From: a virus
Strand: one strand, 5' to 3'
Length of the DNA: 64,000 bases
IMG/VR virus record: IMGVR_UViG_3300045988_068671
Span: 20,518 to 84,517 of that record
This document shows positions 43,401 to 53,592 of the stretch, one piece after another (the stretch's first letter is position 1; each line of letters begins with the position of its first letter). The notes below the pieces were generated by a model that was not told the origin of the DNA, did no database searches, and saw only the letters and a list, made by a program, of their open reading frames with translations. A program made the position numbers and the translations under genes.

Positions 43401-43952
43401 GTGAATCGAGAACAATCTCTTAAATTGTATTATGAGAATCCTAACCACTGTAAGGAATGTGGTAAGGTAATCGAAGTACTAGATAATCAGAGGGTCGCAG
43501 ATGTGAGGAAGAAACAGTTTTGTAGTCATTCGTGTGCTGCTTCTTACAATAATAGAGGTAGGATAAAGCACGATGAAAACAAGATATGTCCTAGATGTGG
43601 TAAACCTAAGCATAAAGATTCAGAAATGTGTCGTAGTTGCTGGGAAGAACTTAATGGAATTGGTAACAAAACATTAGGTTATTATACATCTGGGCAGAAG
43701 TACTTATCATCTAAATGTCAAGAAATAAGGACTAATGCTCGTAGAGTATTAGAAAGTTCCGAACGTGAGAAAGTATGTCAATATTGTCATAATCATGAAT
43801 TTGATGCAATACTTGAAGTACATCATCTTAAAGGAATATTAGAATTTGACGAAGACACTCTTATTAAGGAGATTAACAACGAGAATAATTTAGTATGGTT
43901 ATGTCCGAATCACCATATTATGTTAGAGAAGGGTTTAATTAGTCTGGAGTAA
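43401..43952 (+). CDS. HNH homing endonuclease
   Basis: HHLKG...NLVWLCPNHH. Confidence 0.7.
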   Translation: MNREQSLKLYYENPNHCKECGKVIEVLDNQRVADVRKKQFCSHSCAASYNNRGRIKHDENKICPRCGKPKHKDSEMCRSCWEELNGIGNKTLGYYTSGQKYLSSKCQEIRTNARRVLESSEREKVCQYCHNHEFDAILEVHHLKGILEFDEDTLIKEINNENNLVWLCPNHHIMLEKGLISLE

Positions 43953-43963
43953 TCCAGTTACAC

Positions 43964-44035
43964 CGAGGGTTAGTTCAGTGGTAGAATAGTGCACTGTCTA
44001 TGCGAAGGTCACCAGTTCGAGTCTGGTACTCTCGG
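43964..44035 (+). tRNA. tRNA-Asp(GTC), intact copy
   Basis: loop CTGTCTA. Confidence 0.75.
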
Positions 44036-44074
44036 CACTGTGAAGGTTGGGGTTCGAATCCCCCAGCCTCGGCA
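44036..44074 (+). other. 3' half of the interrupted tRNA-Asp
   Basis: TGTGA-AGGT-TGGGG TTCGAAT CCCCC-AGCCTCG-G. Confidence 0.5.
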
Positions 44075-44079
44075 TTTAT

Positions 44080-44152
44080 TCCCCTGTAGTTTAGTTGGTT
44101 AGAACACGTGATTTGTAATCTCGAGACCTCGGTTCGAATCCGAGTGGGGGAT
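44080..44152 (+). tRNA. tRNA-Thr(TGT)
   Basis: loop TTTGTAA. Confidence 0.75.
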
Positions 44153-44179
44153 CTTAACCATTAAATTAGATTAATTTTT

Positions 44180-44854
44180 ATGACTAGATTAGAAAAGTAT
44201 TTAGTAGCAACTGCTACTGAGATTATCGAAGCGGAAACAACTGTTTCTCGCTACTTTGTCATTGGAAACGTCAAAGTTAGAGTATCAGACCATTTAAGTA
44301 AAATGAGTGATGCAGACTTACAAGTGATTATTCCATTGAACGGAGGGACTAAGTATATAGTTACTGTTAAGGATAGTCCTGGAAAATTTCTTGTATGGAA
44401 TGCAACTCAAATAAAAGACTTTATTCCTTCATTGCAGATTATTAAGGGCTTGAAGGAAGGAGTGCAACTTAAGCCAAAACCTAAAGACTCTGCAGTTCAG
44501 AAGATTCAGCTAGCATTAAATAATAGTAATACCGATGGAGGTTCGTTAACGTTTGATGGTACTATTATTGAGTCTAGATTGAAAGAAAAGCAACTTACTT
44601 CCAAACAGCGGGAAGTTTTCAGGAGAACTAAATCTACTTGGGATATTTCTCAGATTGGGACATTACCCAGTATGATTAAAGTAGATTTAGGATTGTCAAA
44701 TGGTTCTGTAAACGAAGATGTGCAGATATTTCTAACTTGTACATCTTTAACCTACAAAGAAATTCTGAACATTTATAAAATAATAGTTGTTGATAACCGT
44801 ATGGTTCCAACTATTAAACTGTTGCAAGAAGCTTATAGCTTGATTGTGCAGTAG
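44180..44854 (+). CDS. hypothetical protein (224 aa); ends in TAG, which acts here as a stop just before a tRNA
   Basis: ORF track. Confidence 0.5.
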   Translation: MTRLEKYLVATATEIIEAETTVSRYFVIGNVKVRVSDHLSKMSDADLQVIIPLNGGTKYIVTVKDSPGKFLVWNATQIKDFIPSLQIIKGLKEGVQLKPKPKDSAVQKIQLALNNSNTDGGSLTFDGTIIESRLKEKQLTSKQREVFRRTKSTWDISQIGTLPSMIKVDLGLSNGSVNEDVQIFLTCTSLTYKEILNIYKIIVVDNRMVPTIKLLQEAYSLIVQ

Positions 44855-44857
44855 GAT

Positions 44858-44929
44858 AGCGCCATCATCTAATGGTTAGGATTCAGGCTTTTCACGCCTG
44901 CCATACGGGTTCGAATCCCGTTGGCGTTA
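44858..44929 (+). tRNA. tRNA-Glu(TTC)
   Basis: loop TTTTCAC. Confidence 0.85.
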
Positions 44930-44935
44930 CTATGT

Positions 44936-44968
44936 ACCCCAGCAGCGAAAGTTGTTGGGGTATTTTTT
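44936..44968 (+). terminator. ACCCCAGCA...TTGTTGGGGT plus T6
   Basis: seen in sequence. Confidence 0.5.
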
Positions 44969-45307
44969 GTTTAATTTAATTTGTGTTTAATGCGAAAAAC
45001 ATTTGAATTTGTAAAAGTGGGAGGAGTCTGGTTTTATTGGTGGCCAGACTTCGATGGAGACCCAGGAGAGTTGGCTATGGTTGGCGGGGGCTGACGATCT
45101 TCTTGATTCTCTTGATGATAGATTTGTTAGGTTGCAGATGGTTGACCCTTCTGTAGCTAAGATTGTTCTATCTAAGATTGAAGAAGATGAGAATGGAGCT
45201 ACTTACTTGTGTAAAAGTAAGAATTATAACGATAGAGTTTGGATTTGTCCAGTAACTCTACTAGTATTTAACGAATATCCTCAAAACATTTATTTGTCTG
45301 AATTATA

Positions 45308-45757
45308 ATGAAAACATTAGATGAAATCGTAAACAATTACGAAGAATGGTCTGTATTTCTTGACGATAGATTTGGAGTTAGATTAGCTCAATTTCTGACA
45401 CAGGAACAGTTAGAGAAAATAGGTTTTAAGTGGAATAGTGATGAACCTTATCCTGAACCCAAAGAGTGGACTAGAGAGAATATTCTTTCCCAACTTAAAG
45501 AAGATGTAGAGTTCGGATTTGAAAAAGCCCTTGACAAGAGAGGTATTTCTGCAAGTCTGATGTTTGCTGTAGTTCTTAGATGGAATAGAGTTCTTGAGGA
45601 AGGCTTGGAGGATTATCCAGAGGATAACTATGCTATGTATTTGCCATTATTTAAGGCTACTGCGGGAAAGTATGGCTGGGAGAATCCTATCGGAGATGAT
45701 AGTGGAAGCGAGGACTATTATAACGAAGAGTATGATGAAGGATTGTACTGCGATTAA
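45308..45757 (+). CDS. acidic hypothetical protein (149 aa)
   Basis: ORF track. Confidence 0.45.
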   Translation: MKTLDEIVNNYEEWSVFLDDRFGVRLAQFLTQEQLEKIGFKWNSDEPYPEPKEWTRENILSQLKEDVEFGFEKALDKRGISASLMFAVVLRWNRVLEEGLEDYPEDNYAMYLPLFKATAGKYGWENPIGDDSGSEDYYNEEYDEGLYCD

Positions 45758-46373
45758 AGTCATTGCCGAAGCTCTGGAAGATTATGAAAATAATTTCAAC
45801 CATAAGATAAATATCTTAGAAAGCAAGATTATTCTCTATGAAAAGGAGAGAAAAGCTATTATAAGACATCTTAAGGAAGGGAATATAGAATTATTAAAGA
45901 GTTATTTTGGAATTGAAAAATGAAGGAATACTACCTGATTAAGTGCAGAAATAATATCCCATTCATTATAGGTCAGTATGATACCGAAGAAGATGCCAGG
46001 AAGGCGAAGAATCGTGAGAATCCTAATTCCGAGCTTATGATAGTAGTTAACATAGAAAAGGATAAGCCTGAGAAAACATCATGATTACTGAGATTTCATA
46101 CGATAAGGACTTATTAGGAAAGGAAGTTAGGGGTACAAATACTTCCTACTGGGGTATATCAGCTTTACAGGCAGGCCACGATGACATCCGCCAAGATATT
46201 TCAAAATATTTATTTAGAGACTGTGTGGTAGATAGTGGACATAAAGGGATAATTATAGGGTTCGAAGATAATAACCAATTCTTTGATTACTATTATATAG
46301 TCTATGTCCCAGAACTTGATAAAGTTGTTTATCAACTATGTAATGATGCAAGATTTATTAATTCTATTGAGAT

Positions 46374-46871
46374 ATGAAAAAGAGAGTTTTAATTATTTTA
46401 ATGATTAGTATTGTATTCGGATTTGCAACTGGTTATTCCTTGCACCACTGGATACATTCTGCGAGGTTTCCAGAGGAGAAAATTATGCTGATGCCGGAAC
46501 ATCCATTCTATTTGATGGAGGAGGTGAATGAGGAAGTATTGTATAATACTCTTAAACACTATGATTTCCCAAGTCCTGCTATCATAACAGCTCAGGCTAT
46601 TCTAGAATCTGGTAACTTCAAGTCTAAACTTTGTAAGGACAACAATAATTTGTTCGGACTGTATAATTCAAGAACGATGTCCTATTTCAAGTTTGATAGT
46701 TGGATAAGCTGTGTATTTGCTTATAAGCAATTTATTCTAAGTAGGTACGATCCAGAAGAGGACTATTATAGATTCCTAGATAGGATTGGATATGCCGAAG
46801 ATTCTCTATATGAGAGTAAGGTTAAAGAATTAGAGTTAGATATTATCAACAAGTATGGAAGCCCAGATTGA
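46374..46871 (+). CDS. peptidoglycan hydrolase (glucosaminidase/FlgJ-like domain) with N-terminal TM; candidate SAR endolysin
   Basis: AIITAQAILESGNF...NNLFGLYN. Confidence 0.6.
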   Translation: MKKRVLIILMISIVFGFATGYSLHHWIHSARFPEEKIMLMPEHPFYLMEEVNEEVLYNTLKHYDFPSPAIITAQAILESGNFKSKLCKDNNNLFGLYNSRTMSYFKFDSWISCVFAYKQFILSRYDPEEDYYRFLDRIGYAEDSLYESKVKELELDIINKYGSPD

Positions 46872-47086
46872 AAAGGCTATTGAGCTTAGAAAACAAGCTA
46901 ACTTTAAGATTTTAACTAGACTAGCTCAAATCATAGAATGTAGTCCACATTTGCGATTCCAGCAAATATTATCTAATTACAAAGTCTGTGAATTAGGTAA
47001 GGATAAGTTCTATGAGGAGAGTATAGAAACTCTTAGGAATTTAGAAGGAGAAATGAACAAAAAGTTGAACACTTAATAGATTTAAA

Positions 47087-49102
47087 ATGGAATTTAAGAA
47101 TTTTAAGAAAGATGTAGAAGCTGCTTTCAATAATATGATTGCAGAAAACCTGTTTGTTGCTAATGTTGATAAAGACCTCCTTTGGATGGGCTATCTTCTG
47201 TCGTTTGAAGATGAAACCGTTAGACAAGACCATAACTGCAATGCCTGTAAATCTTTTATCCGGCATTATGGTAAAGTTGTAGCGATTGACCCTCAAACAT
47301 ATAAGACTAAAACATTCTGGGATGATGTGCACACTCCTGGATACGAGAAAACAGCACAGGCTCTAGCTAAATTAGTTAAGGAAGCTGGAATAGGAGATGT
47401 CTTCATTCAAGATGTGAACGAATTTCATGGTTGTGACCATAATGTTCAACTACTCCCTGATGGAACAACTAGAACTTGGACACATCTGTACGTAACTATT
47501 CCGAATAACTTCAAGTTCAACAGGCGAGTTCATGGTTTTGACTCTGCTGCCGGTTACAGGGGAGATGTCAGAGCAAGAGCTGGGGTATTTGAACGCTCTA
47601 TCAGCGAGCTTAAGCTGGAGGCAGTTGAAACTGTTATTGAGCTTATAGAAGGAAATAATCTCTATAGAGGTGCAGAGTTCTTGAAGAGTTTGGAGGAATT
47701 TAGAAGAACACTAGTTACTGCTCAAACTCTGAGTCCAGAAGTAAGAACTAACTATTGCTGGTTAAACTTTAAGTCTCCTATAGCTAAGATTAGAAATACG
47801 GCTATGGGAACTTTACTTATTGATCTAAGCAATGGTGTAGATCTGGAGAAAGCCGTAAGAGCGTATGAAAACATCATGGCTCCTGCTAACTATAAGAGAC
47901 CTACTGCTCTTATTACTAAGAAACAAATTGAAGCCGCTCAGAAGAAGGTAGAAGAGCTAGGTCTTACTGATGCACTTCCTCGTCGTCATGCTCATGTGGA
48001 AGATATTTCTGTGAATGATGTTCTATTCGTAAATAGAGATACTAGAGCAAAGATGAAGGGAGGAATGTTTGATATGCTCTCTGAGACTTCTACAGTAAAT
48101 CCAAAAGAGTTTACCAAAGCCCAAGAAGTTTCTGCTGATGCCTTTGTCAAGAATGTACTTCCAGGAGCTAAGGAGGTTTCTATCTTGGTAGAGAACAGAC
48201 ATATTCCCAACTTTGTTACTCTGACTGCTCCTGAAAATCCGGATGCTGGACAGTTGTTTAAGTGGAATAACAACTTTGCTTGGGTTTATAATGGTTCTGT
48301 AGCCGATTCCTTCAAGGAGAAGGTAAAGGCTGCTGGTGGAAATGTAGACGGTTTCATGAGATGCTCTCTTCACTGGTTTAACTATGATGACCTTGACCTT
48401 CATGTAACCGAACCTGGTGGAAGAGAAATCTATTATGGAAGCAAAACTGGTTATACTGGAGGAACTCTTGATGTTGACATGAATGCAGGTTCCGGAAAAA
48501 CTAGAGATGCTGTTGAGAACATCATATGGACAGACCCTAGCAGACTAAGACCGGGAGATTATGTGGTAAGAGTGCATAACTTCTATAAGAGGGAAAGTAT
48601 TGATTTTGGTTTCGAAATGGAAATCGAGATTAATGGAGAACTTCACAAATTCCAGTATGGAAAAGTAGTTCTGAGCAAGGAATACATTGAAGTTGCTCGT
48701 ATCCATGTTGATGGACAAAGAAACATTTCCATGACTCCTACTATTAAAGAGGGTTCTACATCGTTCAAATCTACTAACGAGTGGGGAATTGATACAATGA
48801 AATTCCAGAAGGTTTCTTGTATTATGTTCTCTCCTAATCATTGGGAAGGCAACGCTATAGGAAACAAGCATCTGTTCTTTATGATAGATGGATGCAAGAA
48901 TCCAGACCCTGTTAGAGGTTTCTTTAATGAATATCTGAGAGCTGACCTTGAAAAGGAGCATAGAAGAGTGTTTGAAGCTCTTGGTTCTAGAGCAAAAGCT
49001 GAGTACAGTGATGACCAGTTGAGTGGATTGGGATTTTCTAGCACATCACACAATGATGTTGTTGTAAAAGTTGATAATAAATCATTTAAAATCATTTTCT
49101 AA
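47087..49102 (+). CDS. large hypothetical protein (671 aa)
   Basis: ORF track. Confidence 0.5.
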   Translation: MEFKNFKKDVEAAFNNMIAENLFVANVDKDLLWMGYLLSFEDETVRQDHNCNACKSFIRHYGKVVAIDPQTYKTKTFWDDVHTPGYEKTAQALAKLVKEAGIGDVFIQDVNEFHGCDHNVQLLPDGTTRTWTHLYVTIPNNFKFNRRVHGFDSAAGYRGDVRARAGVFERSISELKLEAVETVIELIEGNNLYRGAEFLKSLEEFRRTLVTAQTLSPEVRTNYCWLNFKSPIAKIRNTAMGTLLIDLSNGVDLEKAVRAYENIMAPANYKRPTALITKKQIEAAQKKVEELGLTDALPRRHAHVEDISVNDVLFVNRDTRAKMKGGMFDMLSETSTVNPKEFTKAQEVSADAFVKNVLPGAKEVSILVENRHIPNFVTLTAPENPDAGQLFKWNNNFAWVYNGSVADSFKEKVKAAGGNVDGFMRCSLHWFNYDDLDLHVTEPGGREIYYGSKTGYTGGTLDVDMNAGSGKTRDAVENIIWTDPSRLRPGDYVVRVHNFYKRESIDFGFEMEIEINGELHKFQYGKVVLSKEYIEVARIHVDGQRNISMTPTIKEGSTSFKSTNEWGIDTMKFQKVSCIMFSPNHWEGNAIGNKHLFFMIDGCKNPDPVRGFFNEYLRADLEKEHRRVFEALGSRAKAEYSDDQLSGLGFSSTSHNDVVVKVDNKSFKIIF

Positions 49103-49104
49103 TT

Positions 49105-49479
49105 ATGTTTAAACAAGCGTCAAAAATGAAGTTGCGTTTCGCAACTAGTAAAGGTAATCTGAGTGTAGAAGATTTGTGGGACTTGAGCCTGCCAGTATTG
49201 GATAAATTAGCCGTTTCTTACGATGAGGAACTAGCTAAAAGTCCAAGAAAGTCTTTCATAACTAATGATACTCCCAGCAATACCGAACTTGAATTGAAGT
49301 TCAATATTGTGAAGGAGATTATAACGGATAAGCTAAAAGAGAAGGCTGATAGAGAGACAGCTAAGAATAAGGCTGCTGAAAAGGCTCGCCTGACGGAACT
49401 GTTAGCTAAGAAACAATCTGAGAAGTTAGAAAGCTTGTCCGAAGATGAAATCAAACGGAGACTCGCCGAACTCGGGTGA
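49105..49479 (+). CDS. hypothetical protein (124 aa)
   Basis: ORF track. Confidence 0.45.
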   Translation: MFKQASKMKLRFATSKGNLSVEDLWDLSLPVLDKLAVSYDEELAKSPRKSFITNDTPSNTELELKFNIVKEIITDKLKEKADRETAKNKAAEKARLTELLAKKQSEKLESLSEDEIKRRLAELG

Positions 49480-49872
49480 GTGTGTAGTATTAAAGACTGT
49501 CAGTCCACAAATCTTAGACAGACTAAGAGAAAGTGGGTTGACAGTTTGTATTTGTTGCGAATTTGAAGGAGTAGCCTGGTTGACATTCAGTCCTGGACTA
49601 CCCTTTGATATTCATGGAGAGGGTTACGATTTTGAAGAGCTTGGGTTAATAGGCACAGAAGCTAATCTAAGATACTTTGAAAAAGTTACCCCTAACTATA
49701 TTGATTGTGGAACTGATGTTGATAAGTTTATTAACACCTGTCTACAGTTTAAGTAAGTTAACAGTTTTTAACTTTGAATTTAACAATTCGGAGACTAATC
49801 TAGTAAGAAGATTAGAAAAATGATACTTTAGGATTATCTCTCGGTAGCGGTTCGTGAGAATAGCTACCATAT

Positions 49873-49957
49873 GCCCGGATGGTGGAATTGGTAGACACGT
49901 CAGATTTAAGCTCTGATGCCCATTGAGGGCGTGTGGGTTCGAGTCCCACTTCGGGTA
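49873..49957 (+). tRNA. tRNA-Leu(TAA)
   Basis: class II; loop TTTAAGC. Confidence 0.8.
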
Positions 49958-50299
49958 CTATAAAATGTTTTGATATGGAAAGATACATAAAAGAACTAGT
50001 AGAGATTTATACTAGCAATACTCTTAAGTCAAAAGAGGAGCTAGAAAGTTTGAAGAAACTTATTATGAATGCTCATAGAGCTGGTTTCATAGCTGGAGAA
50101 GAATCTATAGTAAATGTAATTGATAAGTTAACAAAATGAAAGAAAGTGTATTTTTTGGAAACGAAGGATTGACTTCTACATCTGCTAACTATTATGCTAA
50201 TGTTGCGCAGGAAATGATTCAGGCTGCTACTGAGCGTCTGAATAGTGTGAGGTTCTATCAAGTGTTTGTAGCCTCTATAGGAGGTGGGAGAAGCAATTA

Positions 50300-51049
50300 A
50301 TGACAGTAGGTCAAACTTCCCTAGACTTTATTAAGGACGACTTAGAAAAGTCAGCGGAAATGAATAGCTTCTGTGCTTGGGTGCGGGAGGCTATTAAGAA
50401 AAAGGAGGAATTGATTTCCTATACTACTGCTTGCTCTATCGAAAAATGGGCTAGAGAAAACAATGTTGAGATTCCAGAACAACCTCAATATCCAGATTCA
50501 CCTATTAAGGCGGATGAAAAAGAGGTAATGGATTCATGGGATGCCAATAAGAGAAACAAGTACCTAAGACTTGAAGCGTTTGCTTCTACTTATGGGAAAT
50601 ATATTCACCCAAAAGGAGCTTTTAGTAAAGCTAGAAAAGATGTTCATGCTGCTGAAAACTGCCCAATCTACAGGGAAGGAACTGGTAGAGACTTAATTCT
50701 CTATTACCAAGACCCTACTATTAAGGTAGAGGACGTTGATACGATGTTTATGTCTCTTCAAGATACGTATCGTTCTTATGAAAAAGAACTAAACGCTATG
50801 AAGGCAGAACTTAAAGAGACTGTAAATAAACTTGATATGACTAGAGAAAGGGAATATCAAGATAGAGTAGCAGAATTTAAGGCTGACTATGAGAGATATA
50901 ATTCTAAAATGCAAGAATTTAGAAGTCAGTTTAATAACTGGAGAACGTCTGAACAGGAGAGAATCTCTCAACTAAAGATTACCTTGCCAACGAATCTTCT
51001 AGGAATTTTCGAAGAAATTAGGAAACAAGGCGATCCCTCCTCTAAGTAA
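50300..51049 (+). CDS. hypothetical protein (249 aa)
   Basis: ORF track. Confidence 0.5.
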   Translation: MTVGQTSLDFIKDDLEKSAEMNSFCAWVREAIKKKEELISYTTACSIEKWARENNVEIPEQPQYPDSPIKADEKEVMDSWDANKRNKYLRLEAFASTYGKYIHPKGAFSKARKDVHAAENCPIYREGTGRDLILYYQDPTIKVEDVDTMFMSLQDTYRSYEKELNAMKAELKETVNKLDMTREREYQDRVAEFKADYERYNSKMQEFRSQFNNWRTSEQERISQLKITLPTNLLGIFEEIRKQGDPSSK

Positions 51050-51439
51050 TTAGAGGAATTTTCTGTAGGAAGCTAACAATTTATATATACGTTAGGAATA
51101 ATATATGAATCTTTATTTGGAAATCTAAGGATTTCTGACTTACACATTCGCTGGTCTCACAAAAATCTTGAAATTACTCTCTTATTGAGAGTCTTTGTCT
51201 TAGTCTTCGCTAGTGTGACCAGGTCTTCGACTTTGATTTCATCTTTGCCTGCGTGTTAGCTTCCTACTATAGCTCACCAACCAAGTTGTTGGAGGAGTTA
51301 CGAAGCCCTGTTAAGGGTTTCAGCATTTGCTTCAGTTACAAGTAATCTTTAAACTTGGTGACTATTATCCCAAATTCTCAACAAGATGAAGAGGGAGGTT
51401 GGCCGACCTAATAACGGTACAAGCTCTTCGGAGTGATAG

Positions 51440-51490
51440 GAGTGGGGAAAGTATCTGAGAAGCACAGATACTGGAACCACTCTTTTTTTT
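51440..51490 (+). terminator. nested hairpin GAGTGG[AGTATCTG-agaagca-CAGATACT]CCACTC plus T8
   Basis: seen in sequence. Confidence 0.55.
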
Positions 51491-51528
51491 GATAGATAAA
51501 ATGTTTAACTAATTAAAATTATTGAAAA

Positions 51529-51693
51529 TGAAGAAGTTACTATTGCTTTTTGTGTTAGTTGCTGCTATGTCAGCTTGCACACACAAGACTCAACCGGCAA
51601 CTGTAGTTGCAGAAGACTCTGTTGTAGTCGTTGAGAATGTTGCAGACACAACTGCTGTCGATTCTATAGTATCTAACGATAGTATTCAGTAAG
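51529..51693 (+). CDS. small lipoprotein (54 aa, lipobox AMSAC)
   Basis: hand translation. Confidence 0.4.
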
Positions 51694-52735
51694 TATGGAT
51701 TTCATCGCAACTAGAGTTAGTGAACTCCTAGAAAAGGTTTCACCCATTAGACGATGGCTTATTTCCGATGTTGCGAATGAATACTACCGTGAAGGTTATC
51801 AAGATGGTCAGAAGCTAGTCTATAGAAATGTATTGAAAGGTAACGCATTGAAAGAATTTATTGAAATTCTTAATCATTGCGGAATCAAATTGAGTTACAA
51901 TCTGCGGAAAGGAGGTTTAATTGTCAGTGTGAGATCTGACAAACTTCCCAATCTGCAACGTCTCGTTGAATGTTATAAAAATGAAAGTAAAGAAGACAAG
52001 AAATTTCAGTGATGCCCCACCTCTTGATGTTCAGTATAACTACATCATGGAGAACTTTGACTTTGACAAGGTTCTAGAATATATGAGTTGGGACAAGAGT
52101 CATAGAACATATGACGATGATGGGAAATGTGTAGGAAAGTCTCCTTGGAGGATGTATATAAGTCCTGGAGAGTATAGAGTTCCATCTATTTCTGACCTAA
52201 GAGCACTAGCTAGAGACTTACTTACGCAAGTAATAAGAAATTATAGAAACAGTAAATCAACATTTGTTTCTATATCTACTGGGCCATTTAAGGCTATGTG
52301 TAGATATGGTATGCTAGAGTTGGTTGGTGTTATAGAATCTTGGAGCGGTGATTGAGTTCAATGAAGTGTTCTGTTTAGATTTAAAAGATGATTTTGAGGA
52401 ATTAGGAAGGCATGAGAGAAATTTCGAGCTAGATGAATTCATTCAGAAGGATTTGAGTAGAGCTTTTGCTTTTGGTTATTGTCACTTAGATTGGATAAAA
52501 GAAAAAATGTGGTTTCCAGTCTCTATTAGAAAAGCCTTGAGGCATCTTGGAGATAATTTGGAAGACTTTATTCCACAAATTAAGTGGCTTAATGGGAAGT
52601 ATGGAGCTGTAGGAAAGAGAGTTAGAATAAGTGATTACGCAAACTATATTTTAGATAATATATTTTGTGATAACCAAGACGACCTGCTAAAGATAGCAAT
52701 ACTACTAGGAACTAATCTCAGGACTAATACTCAGA

Positions 52736-53197
52736 ATGAGTAATTTAGAGGTCTTTACTGACGGAGCTTTTAGTTCATCTAGAAATACAGGAGGAGTAGG
52801 AGTTGTATTCGTAATTGATGGGAAAAAATCCTATGAATTTAGCAAGATGATTCCAAATACTACTAACAACAAATGTGAGTTGTTAGCTGTAATATATGCT
52901 CTCAATGCAGTAAGCCGTAAGATAGAATCTCTTACTATCTATTCAGATTCTCAGTATATCATAGGATGTGCTACAAAAGGATGGAAAAGAAAAAAGAATG
53001 TAGAGTTGTGGAACTTATATGACAAGGTTTTTGCTAAGGCAAGCCAGTTTTGCCCTGACATAAAATTTTGTTGGGTTAAGGGACATACTTCAAATTCTGA
53101 TTTCTCTTCTGAGATGAATAATTTAGCAGATAAATTAGCAGTTGAAGCAAGTCAAGAATATGAAACTAAGAAAGAACAAAAACAAGAGACTCATTAA
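52736..53197 (+). CDS. rnhA: ribonuclease HI
   Basis: TDGA...ELLAV...YSDSQY...WVKGH...NNLADKLA. Confidence 0.7.
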   Translation: MSNLEVFTDGAFSSSRNTGGVGVVFVIDGKKSYEFSKMIPNTTNNKCELLAVIYALNAVSRKIESLTIYSDSQYIIGCATKGWKRKKNVELWNLYDKVFAKASQFCPDIKFCWVKGHTSNSDFSSEMNNLADKLAVEASQEYETKKEQKQETH

Positions 53198-53592
53198 AGA
53201 GGCTATGAAGTTCTATCCGTTTGATTATGGTTTTGTTCTCTCCCTAGAGAAACAAGCTTTAATTAGAATGTATGAATACTTCAAAGTATCTAGAATTGCT
53301 GAAGGTAACGAAGTTGTTGAAAAGAATCTAAAACTCGCACTAGGACTTTTAGATATTGTTCTAGAGATAGATTCTGCCTATCATTGTGATTTCAGACCTG
53401 GGTCTGAAGGATTCGTAGATAGGCACATAAACATTAAGAACTGGAAACGATTCTGGCCTAAAGCTGCTGATCTTGATTTGAGTAAACCTATTCTTCAAGA
53501 CCATTTGAGAAGAGAAAAAGCCTGGTACTTGTACAATAAACTTAGGTTTGAACGTATGAGAACTTGGTGGGATTAATTTAACTAATTTAATT

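Noticed and set aside
47087-49102. Assigning the 671-aa protein to a specific family (Ro/TROVE-like or ligase)
   Set aside because: No motif I could recognise with confidence; left as hypothetical
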